Source of the DNA: Squalus acanthias
Taxonomy: Eukaryota
DNA: 64,000 nt
Direction of reading: 5' to 3'
Assembly (NCBI GenBank): GCA_030390025.1
Contig: CM059438.1
Coordinates: forward strand, 64,296,001-64,360,000
Shown piece by piece: positions 48,188-59,503 of the stretch (positions within the stretch are counted from its first letter, which is position 1; every line of letters starts with the position of its first letter). The notes beneath the pieces are model-generated. The model was not told the origin of the DNA, made no database searches, and saw only the letters and a program-made list of their open reading frames with translations. Position numbers and translations under genes: made by a program.

Positions 48188-49842
48188 TGTAGAATTCGCA
48201 ATATATCGCGATTTTATTAATAAGGAGAAAACACAGAGTTTCGTTCAAACAGCTTTTATTTCAGCAGAATGCTGCCAGGTTTCTCAAAGTAGACACAAGC
48301 AGCCTGTAAAATGGCCGCCGCACCTCGTGACAGAACATTCTAGACTTTTCGACAGGCAGACAAGATGGCGTTCCAATAAACATTTGTGCAAGATCGATTA
48401 AGATTCAGCACAGTGAAGATAATACACGAGACATTATGGGTTTACAGTATACACATAAATACTGAAATCGGTCTCCCAGGTACGAATGAAAGCTATTGTA
48501 CCGAGTAATCAAGGGCCCATCCAAAAGACATTAATATGTAAAATCTCAACGACTCTACGATGAGAGAGCCGTTAGCAGGTAGTTATACAAAACACTTGGA
48601 AGCCCCAAAACCCCTCCAGGGAGAACACCGACCGATTTAACAATGGGAGAAATATTAACAGGTACTCAGACAGTTACGAGTAGCCCCGAAACCCATTAAG
48701 AACGGAGATCACCCATACAAGACATTTGAGCGCCAGACCCTAACAAAAGAAAGGACATTAAGGTTGGGCGGGAAACGGAAGATTTTGTACTATAATTACA
48801 AGCTCCAACCGTCCATCTTAGCCTCTTATTCTCTTATCCGATCGACTCGTAACCTCGTGGCTGCTCCTGTGTTTTGACTCGTAGTCTGGTTCCTGCTTGC
48901 CTGGTGCCTCTTTGAAAAAGACTGTTGAACTTTCTGATCCGTTCGGATCTACCTCGTGTCGCGTAACGAAGACCTATGTTGGTAACTGGCAGCGGAACCA
49001 AAGGCCCGAGATGAGATGAGATGAGATGAGATGAGATGAGATGAGAAGAGAGGAAGACCATACTCATCGCCACGGTCAGTAAATCCCGACCGCGCCTGTA
49101 GGTCGAATAGCCAAGTTTTCCTTGCCAGGAAGACTTCTTTGAACTTGTAAGAACGGTTCATCATCGATGATATTGACTGAGCTGTGAAACCTGCTCGGAA
49201 GAGTACCTGTTAAACCAACCAACACAGATCTTCATCACAGCAGACGGTCCAGCCTGCTAGCCGGAGTAGAAGCAAGTAAACAAGTGGGACCAGGAGATCT
49301 CCTGACCGACACGTGGGTGCTGCGGTGAAAAACATCCGATCAGCTATTCGGAATTTCTCCGAGTTATCACGAGTGGTGAGCATGAGTCTCGAAATCCTAC
49401 GAATCTAGTTAGGACAGATATTGATAGGGGAGGGTTTAAGTATTAAGGATACGTGTAATGTGTGCCCCTATTTACGGTGTGTCGTTCGTTCCTCGTTTCC
49501 CTAGGATCAGCTATATAACTGCTTGTAAGATTGTACTGTCATTAATCTGTGCTTATGACATGTATTTCATAATCTTAAATATCATGCAATAAAGATTTTC
49601 CATTTCGTACCATTTAACCGAGTCTACATGAGTTTCATCTCCATTACTGCTCTCGCATCTAAGTCCAGTGTCTAGAACCGTAAGGGCGAGTGATTCGAAC
49701 CACTCACAGGTGTGTCTAGTGCTCCCAGACTGGCTGGAGACCAGAACAGGCAACAAGGCCTAAACCCGCACTGACATACAGGCTGCACAGAGCCGCGTGA
49801 ATCTCACAGGCTGCGAGACACGCAGGGCCAGAATCCCTTACA
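48188..49842 (+). repeat. 3' LTR (1655 bp)
   Basis: Copy of the 5' LTR with (GAGAT)7 instead of 6; I found two substitutions by eye. Confidence 0.96.
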
Positions 49843-50797
49843 ACTGTAAAATGCTAGACGATAAAAAGCGACAGAGCTGTTAATAAAACCCAACATTGGG
49901 CTAATGATTCTTTAACAGGGCAGTGTCACTGGGCAATGGTGTTACTCACTCACCAGGGAAGCTGCAAGGGCTCCGACCACCCTGTCCTTAACCTTACGGG
50001 GAAGCTTTCCAAAACTGCATGACCAGTGGGAAGCCTCACCTCCTGGTCACTCATATCGAGAAATTGCAGTTTCGCAGCCCAGGATTGCCACGGCAAGCTC
50101 AGAAAATCGTCCCTTATATTTTAAGCTGGAGGTAAAAGGACAAAAACTGGAAATCTGAAATAAAACGAGAAAACGATGGAATAGCAAGCCCATAAATGTT
50201 TTGGGTGTAGACCTTTCCGAGTTCTGACAGGGAGTCTGCAACCCAAATGTTAACCTAATTTTCCATTTGCAAAAGCAAGACTTGTATTTATATAATACCT
50301 TTCATGACCGCTTCAAAGCACTTTACATTCAACAAAGTACTTTTTGAAGTGCAGCCACTGATGTAATGTAGGGAAGGCAGCAGCCAATTTGCGCACAGCA
50401 AGCTCCCACAAACAGCAATGAAATAAATAACCAGATAATCTGTTTTAGTGACATGCTCCAGAAATTTTCTCCCTTGCCGAGCTGGCTTGAGGCTTCTCCT
50501 GCTCCACCGCTGGAACTTCGGAGCAACTGTGGTTACTGCCACATTCCTGCCAAAGTTACGTTGCCAGAGCAGGAGGAGTCCGGAGGAAATTCCTGGCGAT
50601 AGTTTCCCCATTTCTGTCACAAGTCCAATAACTACCAATTCTCGCCTTTCTTACCACCTTAGGTCATTTATCTATCAATGATTCTGGCCTCACTATCTCT
50701 TCTGACCTTGTGTGGAACTCCCACATCACCTCTGTGGCTAAAGCTGCCTCCAAGAAGCTGTGGCAAACTCCTCTTTTGCTTTGAATCCCTCTTTATA

Positions 50798-51830
50798 GAT
50801 ACATAGATACATACAAAATAGGAGCAGGAGTAGGCCATCCGGCCCTTCGAGCCTGCTCCGCCATTTAATGAGATCATGGCTGATCCTCCAATTCAGTATC
50901 CCGTCCCCGCCTTCTCTCCGTAACCCTTAACCCCTTTTGCCTGTAGAAATATATCTAATTCCCTCTTAAATATATTTAATGAGCTGGCGTACACTGCCCT
51001 CTGTGGCAATGAGTTCCACAGGTTCACCACCCTCTGAGTGAAGAAATTCCCCCTCATTTCTGTCCTAAATGGTTTAGCCCTTATCCTTAAATTATGTCCT
51101 CTAGTTCTGTTCTCACCCGCCAAGGGAAACATTCCTTCTGCATCTAGTCTGTCTAGACCTGTCAGAATTTTATACACTTCTATGAGGTCCCCTCTCAATC
51201 TTCTAAACTCCAGTGTGTACATCCCTAAACTACATAGTCTCTCCTCATAGGTCACTCCCGCCATTCCTGGTATCAGCCTGGTGAATCGCCGCTGCACCCC
51301 CTCCATGGCAAGAACATCTTTCCTCAGATGCGGCGACCAAAACTGTACACAGTACTCGAGGTGTGGTCTCACCAGTGCCCTGTACAGCTGCAGCAAGGTA
51401 TCCCTGTTCCTGTATTCCAACCCTTTTGCTATGAAGGCCAGCATACCGTTTGCCTTCTTGACCGCCTGTTGCACCTGCATGCTCGCCTTCAGTGACTGGT
51501 GTACAAGCACACCCAGGTCTCTCTGTACTTCCCCCTCTCCCAATTTATTGCCATTTAAATAATAATTTGCCCTCCCGTTCCTGCACCCAAGGTGGATAAC
51601 TTCGCACTTGTCCACATTATAGTGCATCTGCCATTTATCCGCCCAATCACCCAGTCTGTCCAAATCGCTCTGGAGCTTCCTGGTCTCCTCCTCTGAGCCC
51701 ACCCCCCCTCCTAGTTTAGTGTCGTCTGCAAATTTGGAAATGCTGCATCCGACTCCCTGATCCAGGTCATTAATGTAAATTGTGAACAGCTGGGGACCCA
51801 GGACAGATCCCTGTGGTACCCCACTTGTTA
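50798..51830 (-). mobile_element. CR1 LINE 3' fragment
   Basis: ORF 50893..51702 encodes the RT C-terminus; (TATG/TATC) tail. Confidence 0.92.
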
Positions 51831-52107
51831 CTCTTTGTAAAGCACAGGTTCATCTAAGGCTTAAATACTGCTCCCATATCTGGGAAAACTCCTCTACTAC
51901 AGCCATTGTGTCTCTTATCGGGATACAAGAAAAAAGCTTGTCATCTTGCAGGTAGCCACTGACTCACTTTTAACCTCTACCCATCTATTCTCTCTCTCTC
52001 TTTTACGGACACTTGTTATAGTAATGTTTCTCTGAATTTTCCTCTGTTGTTCCATCTAACCAAGTATATCATCCGACGTGCTCTTCCTTCAGTTCCTTAC
52101 AGTCCCA

Positions 52108-52374
52108 GGCCCCGATTTTAACACCAGGTGGCTTCCCCCACGCAAGCCAGAGTTAAAATTACAGTCAGTTCTCAATGATGTCATCGGACCGCAACATGCA
52201 CATATGAAGAAGGACCCCGTTGGCTCCGGGCGCGTGTCCTTGCTGCCTGCTCAGGAAGGCAGGTTAAAATTGCAGATGTTGCGATCATGGCGGTTTTCGG
52301 ACAGGTAAGAGCCAGAGCGATTTTAACTGTCCGCCCGCCAGTTTTCTGCTGAGCGAGTAGGGTTAAATTCGCCT
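52108..52374. mobile_element. Small MITE (similar ends at ~57993..58552)
   Basis: GGCCCCGATTTTAAC ... GTTAAATTCGCCT ends; CCA flanking duplication. Confidence 0.55.
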
Positions 52375-54194
52375 CCATTGTGTAACCTCATAATCTATTT
52401 CATTATTTCCTCGGACCCTAAAACTGTGGAATTATTATTTCTCTCCCTTTGTTTCCTGCTATGATCTCCAGCCCTTTAAAACCCAGGCTTAAAGTCAACT
52501 AATCACAGCTTTTTGATTTACCTTATCTGCTCTTTCACTCTTTTCAGTCTTGGCTTTGACCTGCATCATGGCCCTTGGCCTTTCATATTGGCTTCTAAAT
52601 AGAAATAAATCCCATATTAGTCCAGTTTTATTCCAGCTGGGGTCAACCATTGTAAAATATTGACAATCGTAAAGTATTTTGTCTTGATCTAGCAAGTCCT
52701 CAAAGGTAAGAGTGCCAGGTGAAGCGATACAGCTTGACGGAACCCTTCCGATGGCTACGACATCTAGATGAGGTTCACTGGGTCTGGCCGCAGGCCCTCG
52801 AGATTTGGATTTGGAACTGAGGTGAGGTCAACAAAATAAATGCTACTCCGATTTGATGAGAAATTGAAATGTGGAAAGAGCAGATACTTCCGACTGTGGG
52901 ATTTCCAATTTGTAGTCCCTGTACATGCCCGCTGTTTAGTGGAAGCATGGTTTATGAATTTTGCAAACAATACAGCAGCCAGCCACTGTTACACTCTCTG
53001 TAATACCATACTTTTGTAAAGATCCTTTGACTTTTTGTTTAGGCAACTTCATGAAAAGAGATCCCATTGGGCACGCCCTCCGCCGTATGCTGTGTATAAC
53101 ACGCACTTGGGGATAGAAGCTTATCTTGGGTGGTGGTGTAGAATGGACAATATCATATCGGCCACCTGCTATAAACCGCGCTCTCAATATTTAGTTCCAT
53201 TGACTTCAATGCGCTACCATCCAAGATAACTTTCTATCCCTTGGTTTCTAAAGGCAACATTGGAGATCGATTTATTTTTGAATATTAAGGGAATCAAGGG
53301 ATATGGGGATAGTGCAGGAAAGTGGAGATGAGGTAGAAGATCAGCCATGATCTTATTGAATGGCGGAGCAGGCTCGAAGGCCCAAATGGCCTATTCCTGC
53401 TCCTATTTCTTATGTTCTTATGTTCTTATTGGAGAGCTCATCTCTTGTGATTGCTGGGTGCCATTCCAAGCTGCATCGACTGAAAGTATTATAACCAAAT
53501 TGCTTTGATATCTCTTTTATAAAAAGAAGCATTGATATCTTGCAAGGTGCTCCATGTTTTTGATGAGAGCAGGTTATGTTCAGTGAGGTGCTTAGATCAG
53601 TCTCATGTAATCAAATGCATAAAGATCTCAGAAAGATATTCTTGCCCTGTGTGCAATCTAACGAGGCCTTCACACTGCAGGCAGATTATAATTCACAACT
53701 AGGTTCCGATATACTGTGCAGAACTTTGATGTATTGAAATGAGCAAAACAGAGTGGAAGAGTCTAATTCATTTGCGAGGATATTATCCTGATCAGTGTTT
53801 AGCAGAGGCACTATTACAAATGGCTTCACGTAAGAAATTAAAGAAAGATTAATTAATACTGAAGCAAAAGTTTAAAATTTAAAGAGAAGCAGAGATGCTG
53901 GAGTAGATTTTTGACGTTGCCTCCTAGGCAGAAAAGAAAATCTGGTGGGAAGGTTTGCGCACCAATAACAGAACTCACCAGATTTGGAAGAGGGCGTGGA
54001 GTTCTCCCTGCCAGAGTTTCCCTTCTGTGATTTGCTCAGGCAGTGCTTTATGCCCGTGTGCTAAAGACATAGATCTACCCCGTGATGTCATTTGCCATTT
54101 TATCGCATTCCATGTCTTGTGGTAGATGCAGTCACTGAGGTGGTCAACACCGGGGGCCATATTATTCTCTTTCAACAAAAGCACAACAGATTTC

Positions 54195-56995
54195 ACTTGC
54201 TGACGACACCAAGTTAGGTGCCACGGTAAATAGTGCAGATGGGAGCAGAAAGTTGCAGATGAGGGTAGTGCGTTTGATGTAGTTTATATGGACTTTAGCA
54301 AGGCTTTTGATAAGGTTCCACATGGCAGACTGGTCACGAAGTGAAAAGCCCATGGGATCCAGGGCAAAGTGTCAAGTTGGATTCAAAACTGGCTCGGAGG
54401 CAGAAAGCAGAGGGTAATGGTTGATGGGTGTTTTTGTGACTGGAAGGCTGTTTCCAGTGGGGTTCCGCAGGGCTTAGTACTAGGTCCCTTGCTTTTTGTG
54501 GTATATATCAATGATCTAGACTTGAATATAGGGGGCATGATTAAGAAGTTTGCAGATGATACTAAAATCGGCTGTCTGGTTGATACTGAAGAAGGAAGCT
54601 GTAGACTGCAGGAGGATATCAATAAATTGGTCAGGTGGGCAGAACAGTGGCAAATGGAATTCAATCCGGAGAAGTGTGAGGTAATGCATTTGGGGAGGGC
54701 TAACAAGGAAAGGGAAATACACATTGGCCCAGATATTCTGATCCCTACGGGTGTGTACGCGCTGTGTACCCACCCGTAGGGACATCGGAAATGCCGGTTT
54801 CAGGCATGCACTGCGCATGCACTGAAAATGGCATTTCCGATCTGTCAAGAATGCTCGTGACAGATCGGACGCCTGCCCTCGAGAAGGGCCTCTGCGGGCG
54901 GATAGTTCCGCTTTCTGGAGACCCTCCGTCCGCAGAAAACCCTTACAATTCTTACACCTGGTAAAAGCCAGTGTAAGGCCTGCTTTTACCAGGATAAGAG
55001 TTGAAAAAAGTAAAAAAAAAATGTTTTCACTGATTTATCATTTAAAAATACTTCAAAAAAAGGTAAGTTTATTTTTAGCCCTGTAAAAATCTTTAATTAT
55101 TTTTTTCAAAAAATTAAATTTTTGTTTCAAATACTTAATTTATTGTAATTTCAAGTCATTTTAAAAATGTGATTTTTAAAAAAAAATTATTTAAAGTTTT
55201 ACTATGTTTTGGGGGTGATCTCCATTCATATATTTGACAGGTCTTCCTGTCAAGTGTATGAAGGGAGATTCCCTTCTTTGATTGGCTCCCCATGGCCCAC
55301 GTGATCCCAGGGACGTTGCGAACTACCTGCGCCTCAGGGATACGTGGGCCCTGTGCACTTGGAGTTTGGAGAGGCCCAGCATCGGAAGCGTGTCCGTCCC
55401 AGGAGCCCTCAGGTAAGGGCGTAGATTTTTCCAGATCGCAGGCCTCCGCCCGCGGGAGGCCTGCGATCGGAAAATACGGGCTATTAAATGGTAGGACACT
55501 GAGTAGTGTAGAGGAACAAAGGGACCTTGGAGTGCATGTCCACAGATCCCTGAAGGTAGCAGGCCAGGTAGATAAGGTGTTTAAGAAGGCATACGGAATG
55601 CTTGCCTTTATTAGCCGATGCATTGAATACAAGAGCAGTGGGGTTATGCTTCAACTGTATAAAACACTAGTTAGGCCTCAGCTAGAGTACTGCATGCAGT
55701 TCTGGTCACCACATTACAGGAAAGATGTGATTGCACTAGAGAGGGTACAGAGGAGATTTACAAGGATGTTGCCGGGAGTAGAGAATCTTAGCTATGAGGA
55801 AAGACTGGATAGGCTGGGTCTGTTTTCCTTGGAACAGAGGAGGCTGAGGGGAGACCTTATTGAGGTGTATAAAATTATGAGGGGCATAGATAAAGTAGAT
55901 AGAAAGGACCTATTTCCCTTAGCAGAGGGGTCAAAAACCAGGGGGCACAGATTTAAAGTAATTGGTGGAAGGTTTAGAGGGGATTTGAAGGGAAATTTCT
56001 TCACCCAGAGGGTTGTGGGGGTCTGGAACTCACTGCCTGAAAGGGTGGTAGAGGCAGGAACCCTAACCACATTAAAAAAGTACTTGGATGTGCACCTGGG
56101 ATGCTGCAACCTGCAGGGCTACGGACCAAGAGCTGGGAAGTGGGATCAGGCTGGATAGCTCTTTGTTGGCCGGCGTGGACACGATGAGCCGAAATGGCCT
56201 CCTTCCGCGCTGTAACTTTCTATGATTCTATGATTCTATGATTCAAAGGGACATTGTTAGATTGAGTGAGTGAGCAGAAATCTGGCAGATGGAGTTCAAT
56301 GTGGGGAAGTGTGAGGTCATCCACTTCGGACCTAAGAAAGATCGATCAGAGTATTTTCTAAATGGTGAGAAGCTGGGAACTGTGGAGGAGCAGAGAGATT
56401 TAGGGGTCCAAGTACAGAAATCACTAAAAGCTGGTGGACAGATACAAAAAATAATTTAGAAGACTAATGGAATGTTGGCCTTTATCTCAAGGGGTCTGGA
56501 ATACAAAGGGGTGGAAGTTATGCTACAGTTGTATAAAGCTCTGGTTAGACCCTATTTAGAATGCTGCATTCAGTTCTGGGCACTGCACCTCAGGAAGGAC
56601 ATATTGGCCTTGGAGCGGGTGCACCGCAGATTCACCAAAATGATACTGGGGCTAAAAGGGATCAATTATGAGGCCTGATTGTATTCTCTTGAGTATAGAA
56701 AATTAAGAGGTGATCTAATTGAGGTGGTTAAGATGATTAAAAGATTTGATAGGGTAGATAGAGAGAAACTAATTCCCCTGGTGGGTGAGTTCCGAACAAG
56801 AGGGCATGACCTTAAAAATAGAGTGAGGCCATTCAGGGGTGAGGGCAGGAGGCACTTCTTCACACAAAGGGTAGTGACAATCTGGAACTCTTCCCCAAAA
56901 AGCTGTTGAAGCTCAGTCAATTGAAAATTTCTAAACTGAGATTGATAGATTTTTGTTAGGCAAGGATAATTAATGGATACGGAATCGAGGCGGGT
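54195..56995 (+). mobile_element. Nested CR1 RT fragments (inner copy ~54258..56244 carries a MITE)
   Basis: SGVPQGLVLGPLLF, KFADDTK, LVRPQLEYC; inner tail (CTATGATT)n; the outer copy resumes at ~56245. Confidence 0.88.
54726..55482. mobile_element. Harbinger-type MITE inserted in CR1 RT
   Basis: ATT TSD; the empty site GGGAAATACACATTAAATGG is present in the sister CR1 copy at ~14281..14300 (minus strand). Confidence 0.9.
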
Positions 56996-57545
56996 TGATG
57001 GCCCGTGGCGGCCCTTGGCGTGATCCATGGCCGCCATCGCGCAGCCCGGCACCGCGCCGCCTTGATGGGCTAGTTTGGACCATCGGAGACCCTGCAGAGT
57101 TCGCAGCGTCCCTCCCCTTTAATGGAAGGGGAGGGGCGCTGAAACTCGTCAGCGCTACGCGGAACGGCCACGTAGCGCTCCGCCGCTACCACGCTTTGCG
57201 CCCCCGACACCACCCCGAGAAGAAGTGGAGTGCCCGAGATAGCGCTCCGCTGCCTCGCCAGGGGCGGTAAGCCAAATTTAGTGGCCGGGGCAGTACTTCC
57301 ACTCCAGGCGCTAAATCTCCGGCGATAATTCGGTTACCGCCTCCAAACGGGACTTAACCGAATTTTGATGAATTTTGAAGAGTAGAAATAGGACATTAGG
57401 CCAAACAAACCAATCTCTTTTTTTCTAGACTGTTGTCTTCCTCCTCACCATATCTTTCCATCCTTCCTCTCCAGAAATACATTTCGTTGCCTCTCAAGCT
57501 TATTTTTATTGTTCACTTCAATGGCCTACCCGAGCAAGTTAAGGA

Positions 57546-57988
57546 AAGAAAGAACTTGCATTTGTATAGCACCTCATGACATCCCAAAGCACTTTAGCCA
57601 AAGAAGTGTGGTCATGGTTGTAATGTAGGGTAACACAACAGCCAATTTGCACACAGCAAGATCCCACAAACAGTAAAGAGATAAATGACCAGATAATTCA
57701 TTTTTGATCATATTAGTTGTGGAATAAATAGTGGCCAGGACACTGGGAGAAATCCCCTGCTCTTCTTTGAATAGGGCTGAGGGATCATTTATGTTCATCT
57801 GAGAGGCCAGATGGGGCCTTGGTTTAACACCTCATCTGAAGGACGGCACCTCCAACAGTGCAGCACTGCCTCATTACTGCACTGAAGTATCAGCCTAGAT
57901 TATGTGCTCAAGTTTCTGAAGTGGGAGTTTGAACTCATGACCTTCCAACTCAAGAAGTGAGAGTGCTATCACTGAGCCAAAGCTGACA
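57546..57988 (-). mobile_element. SINE, same family (partial copies also at ~33735..34060, ~50275..50452, ~58590..58740, ~62376..62657)
   Basis: Homologous body and head. Confidence 0.75.
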
Positions 57989-59051
57989 ACAAGGGGCTAA
58001 TTTTAATCTTAGCCACCTAGCAGAAACTGGACGAGTGGGCAGTTAAAATCATCCAGTTCACATACCCACCAGAAAATGGCCAGGTACCCACCGCTCCAAA
58101 CTTGTACCTGCTCTACTGAGCAGGCGGTAAGGATACCTGGCCAATGCCAGTGGGGTTCTACTTTACATATGCACGTTGGGTCCTGATGACATCGTTAGCG
58201 GGAAGAGGAGCCGGGGTCAGAAAAGGCTCAAATAGATAAGTTTTTAATTTTCCAGGAGAAGCAGAAGTGGTCTTCTGGGCCTCACCAGAAAAGCTTAGGC
58301 CTCTCTTGCCAAGGACTCCCTCCTCCTTCCCGCGCGTAAGGCACCCACAGGACGGCCCTGGAAGCCAAACCCACCACCTGCCTCATGTCTGTGGATAGCC
58401 TCTGGGCCACACGACTTCCCACCACCTCCCTTTCTGGATGGGAAGTCAAAGGGCAGTTTTTAAAAGGGGCCCAGGAGTTAAAATAGCTCAGGCCTCATTT
58501 CTGGAGCAGCTGGTGAGATGCACAAAACCCGTCTGGAGTTAAATCAGGGTCCTAAATTTTTTAAGTCAAAACTGTTGTTTTGTTGGCAAATGCAGCAGCC
58601 AATTTGTGTACATGAAGATTCCACCATAACAAGTGAGATGAATGACTAATTTGTTTTTGATGGTGTTTATTGAGGGAGGAATGTTGACCGTGACACTGAG
58701 AGAACTCTCCTGTTCTTTGAATAGTGCCGTGGGATCTTTTGCATGCTCCTGATCAGGTATTCAAATCCTTAGCTCATGTGTAAAAAGAAAGTTCTACCTG
58801 GTTTCCCTTTTTACTCTTAATTTTATAACTTGTCTCATTTGACTGTAGAAAATGCTTTTATTTTACTAAACAGGTGCCAATCATGAAATGTTCAGCTTAA
58901 TGAATTATTGCATGAAGGAGAATTTATCTGGTTGAGCTTTGACTTTATCATTTTCAATGTCAGGTCTTGTCTCCAAAGAGAGTAAGCCCAGCTTCCTTAA
59001 CCTCTCCCAATAACTTCAACTGCTGACACCTAGAATCATATTTGTTGCACC

Positions 59052-59503
59052 TCTCGGACCCTCCCAAGTGTTGTCCTTCTCTGACCTTCCCAAGTGTTGT
59101 CCCATTCAGACCTTCCTAAGTGTTGTGCTACTCGGACCCTCTCAACTGTTGTCTCACTCTGACCTTCTCAGGTGTTGTCCCACTCTGACCTTCCCAAGCA
59201 TTGTCCTACTTGGACCTCTCAAGTGTTGTCTCACTCTGACCTTCCCAAGTGTTGTCCCTTTCTGACCTTCCCAAATGTTGTCCCTCTCTGACCCTCTCAC
59301 AACTTGTCCCTCTCTGACCTTCCCAAGTGTTGTCTCTCTCTGACCTTCCCAAGTGTTGTCCCTTTCTGACCTTCCCAAATGTTGTCCCTCTCTGACCCTC
59401 TCACAGCTTGTCCCTCTCTGACCTTCCCAAGTCTTGTCCCTTTCTGACCTTCCCAAATGTTGTCCCTCTCTGACCCTCTCACAGCTTGTTCCTCTCTGAC
59501 CCT
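59052..59503. repeat. Minisatellite, 25-26-bp unit (CTGACCTTCCCAAGTGTTGTCCCTCT), about 17 copies
   Basis: Units start at 59081, 59107, 59133, 59159 and onward. Confidence 0.9.

Larger units (their letters stand above)
40487..49842 (+). mobile_element. Full-length, pol-less endogenous LTR retroelement/retrovirus-like provirus (LTR-gag-ORF2-env-LTR)
   Basis: Direct repeats 40487..42136 and 48188..49842, each TGTA...TACA; ACTG TSD at 40483..40486 and 49843..49846; PBS after the 5' LTR; purine tract before the 3' LTR; gag and env ORFs inside. Confidence 0.96.

Noticed and set aside
55292..56158. Novel 288-aa chimeric protein
   Set aside because: It is a chance in-frame join of a MITE arm and the CR1 RT C-terminus.
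59052..59503. CRISPR-like array
   Set aside because: The units are contiguous with no unique spacers, the context is eukaryotic, and there are no cas genes.
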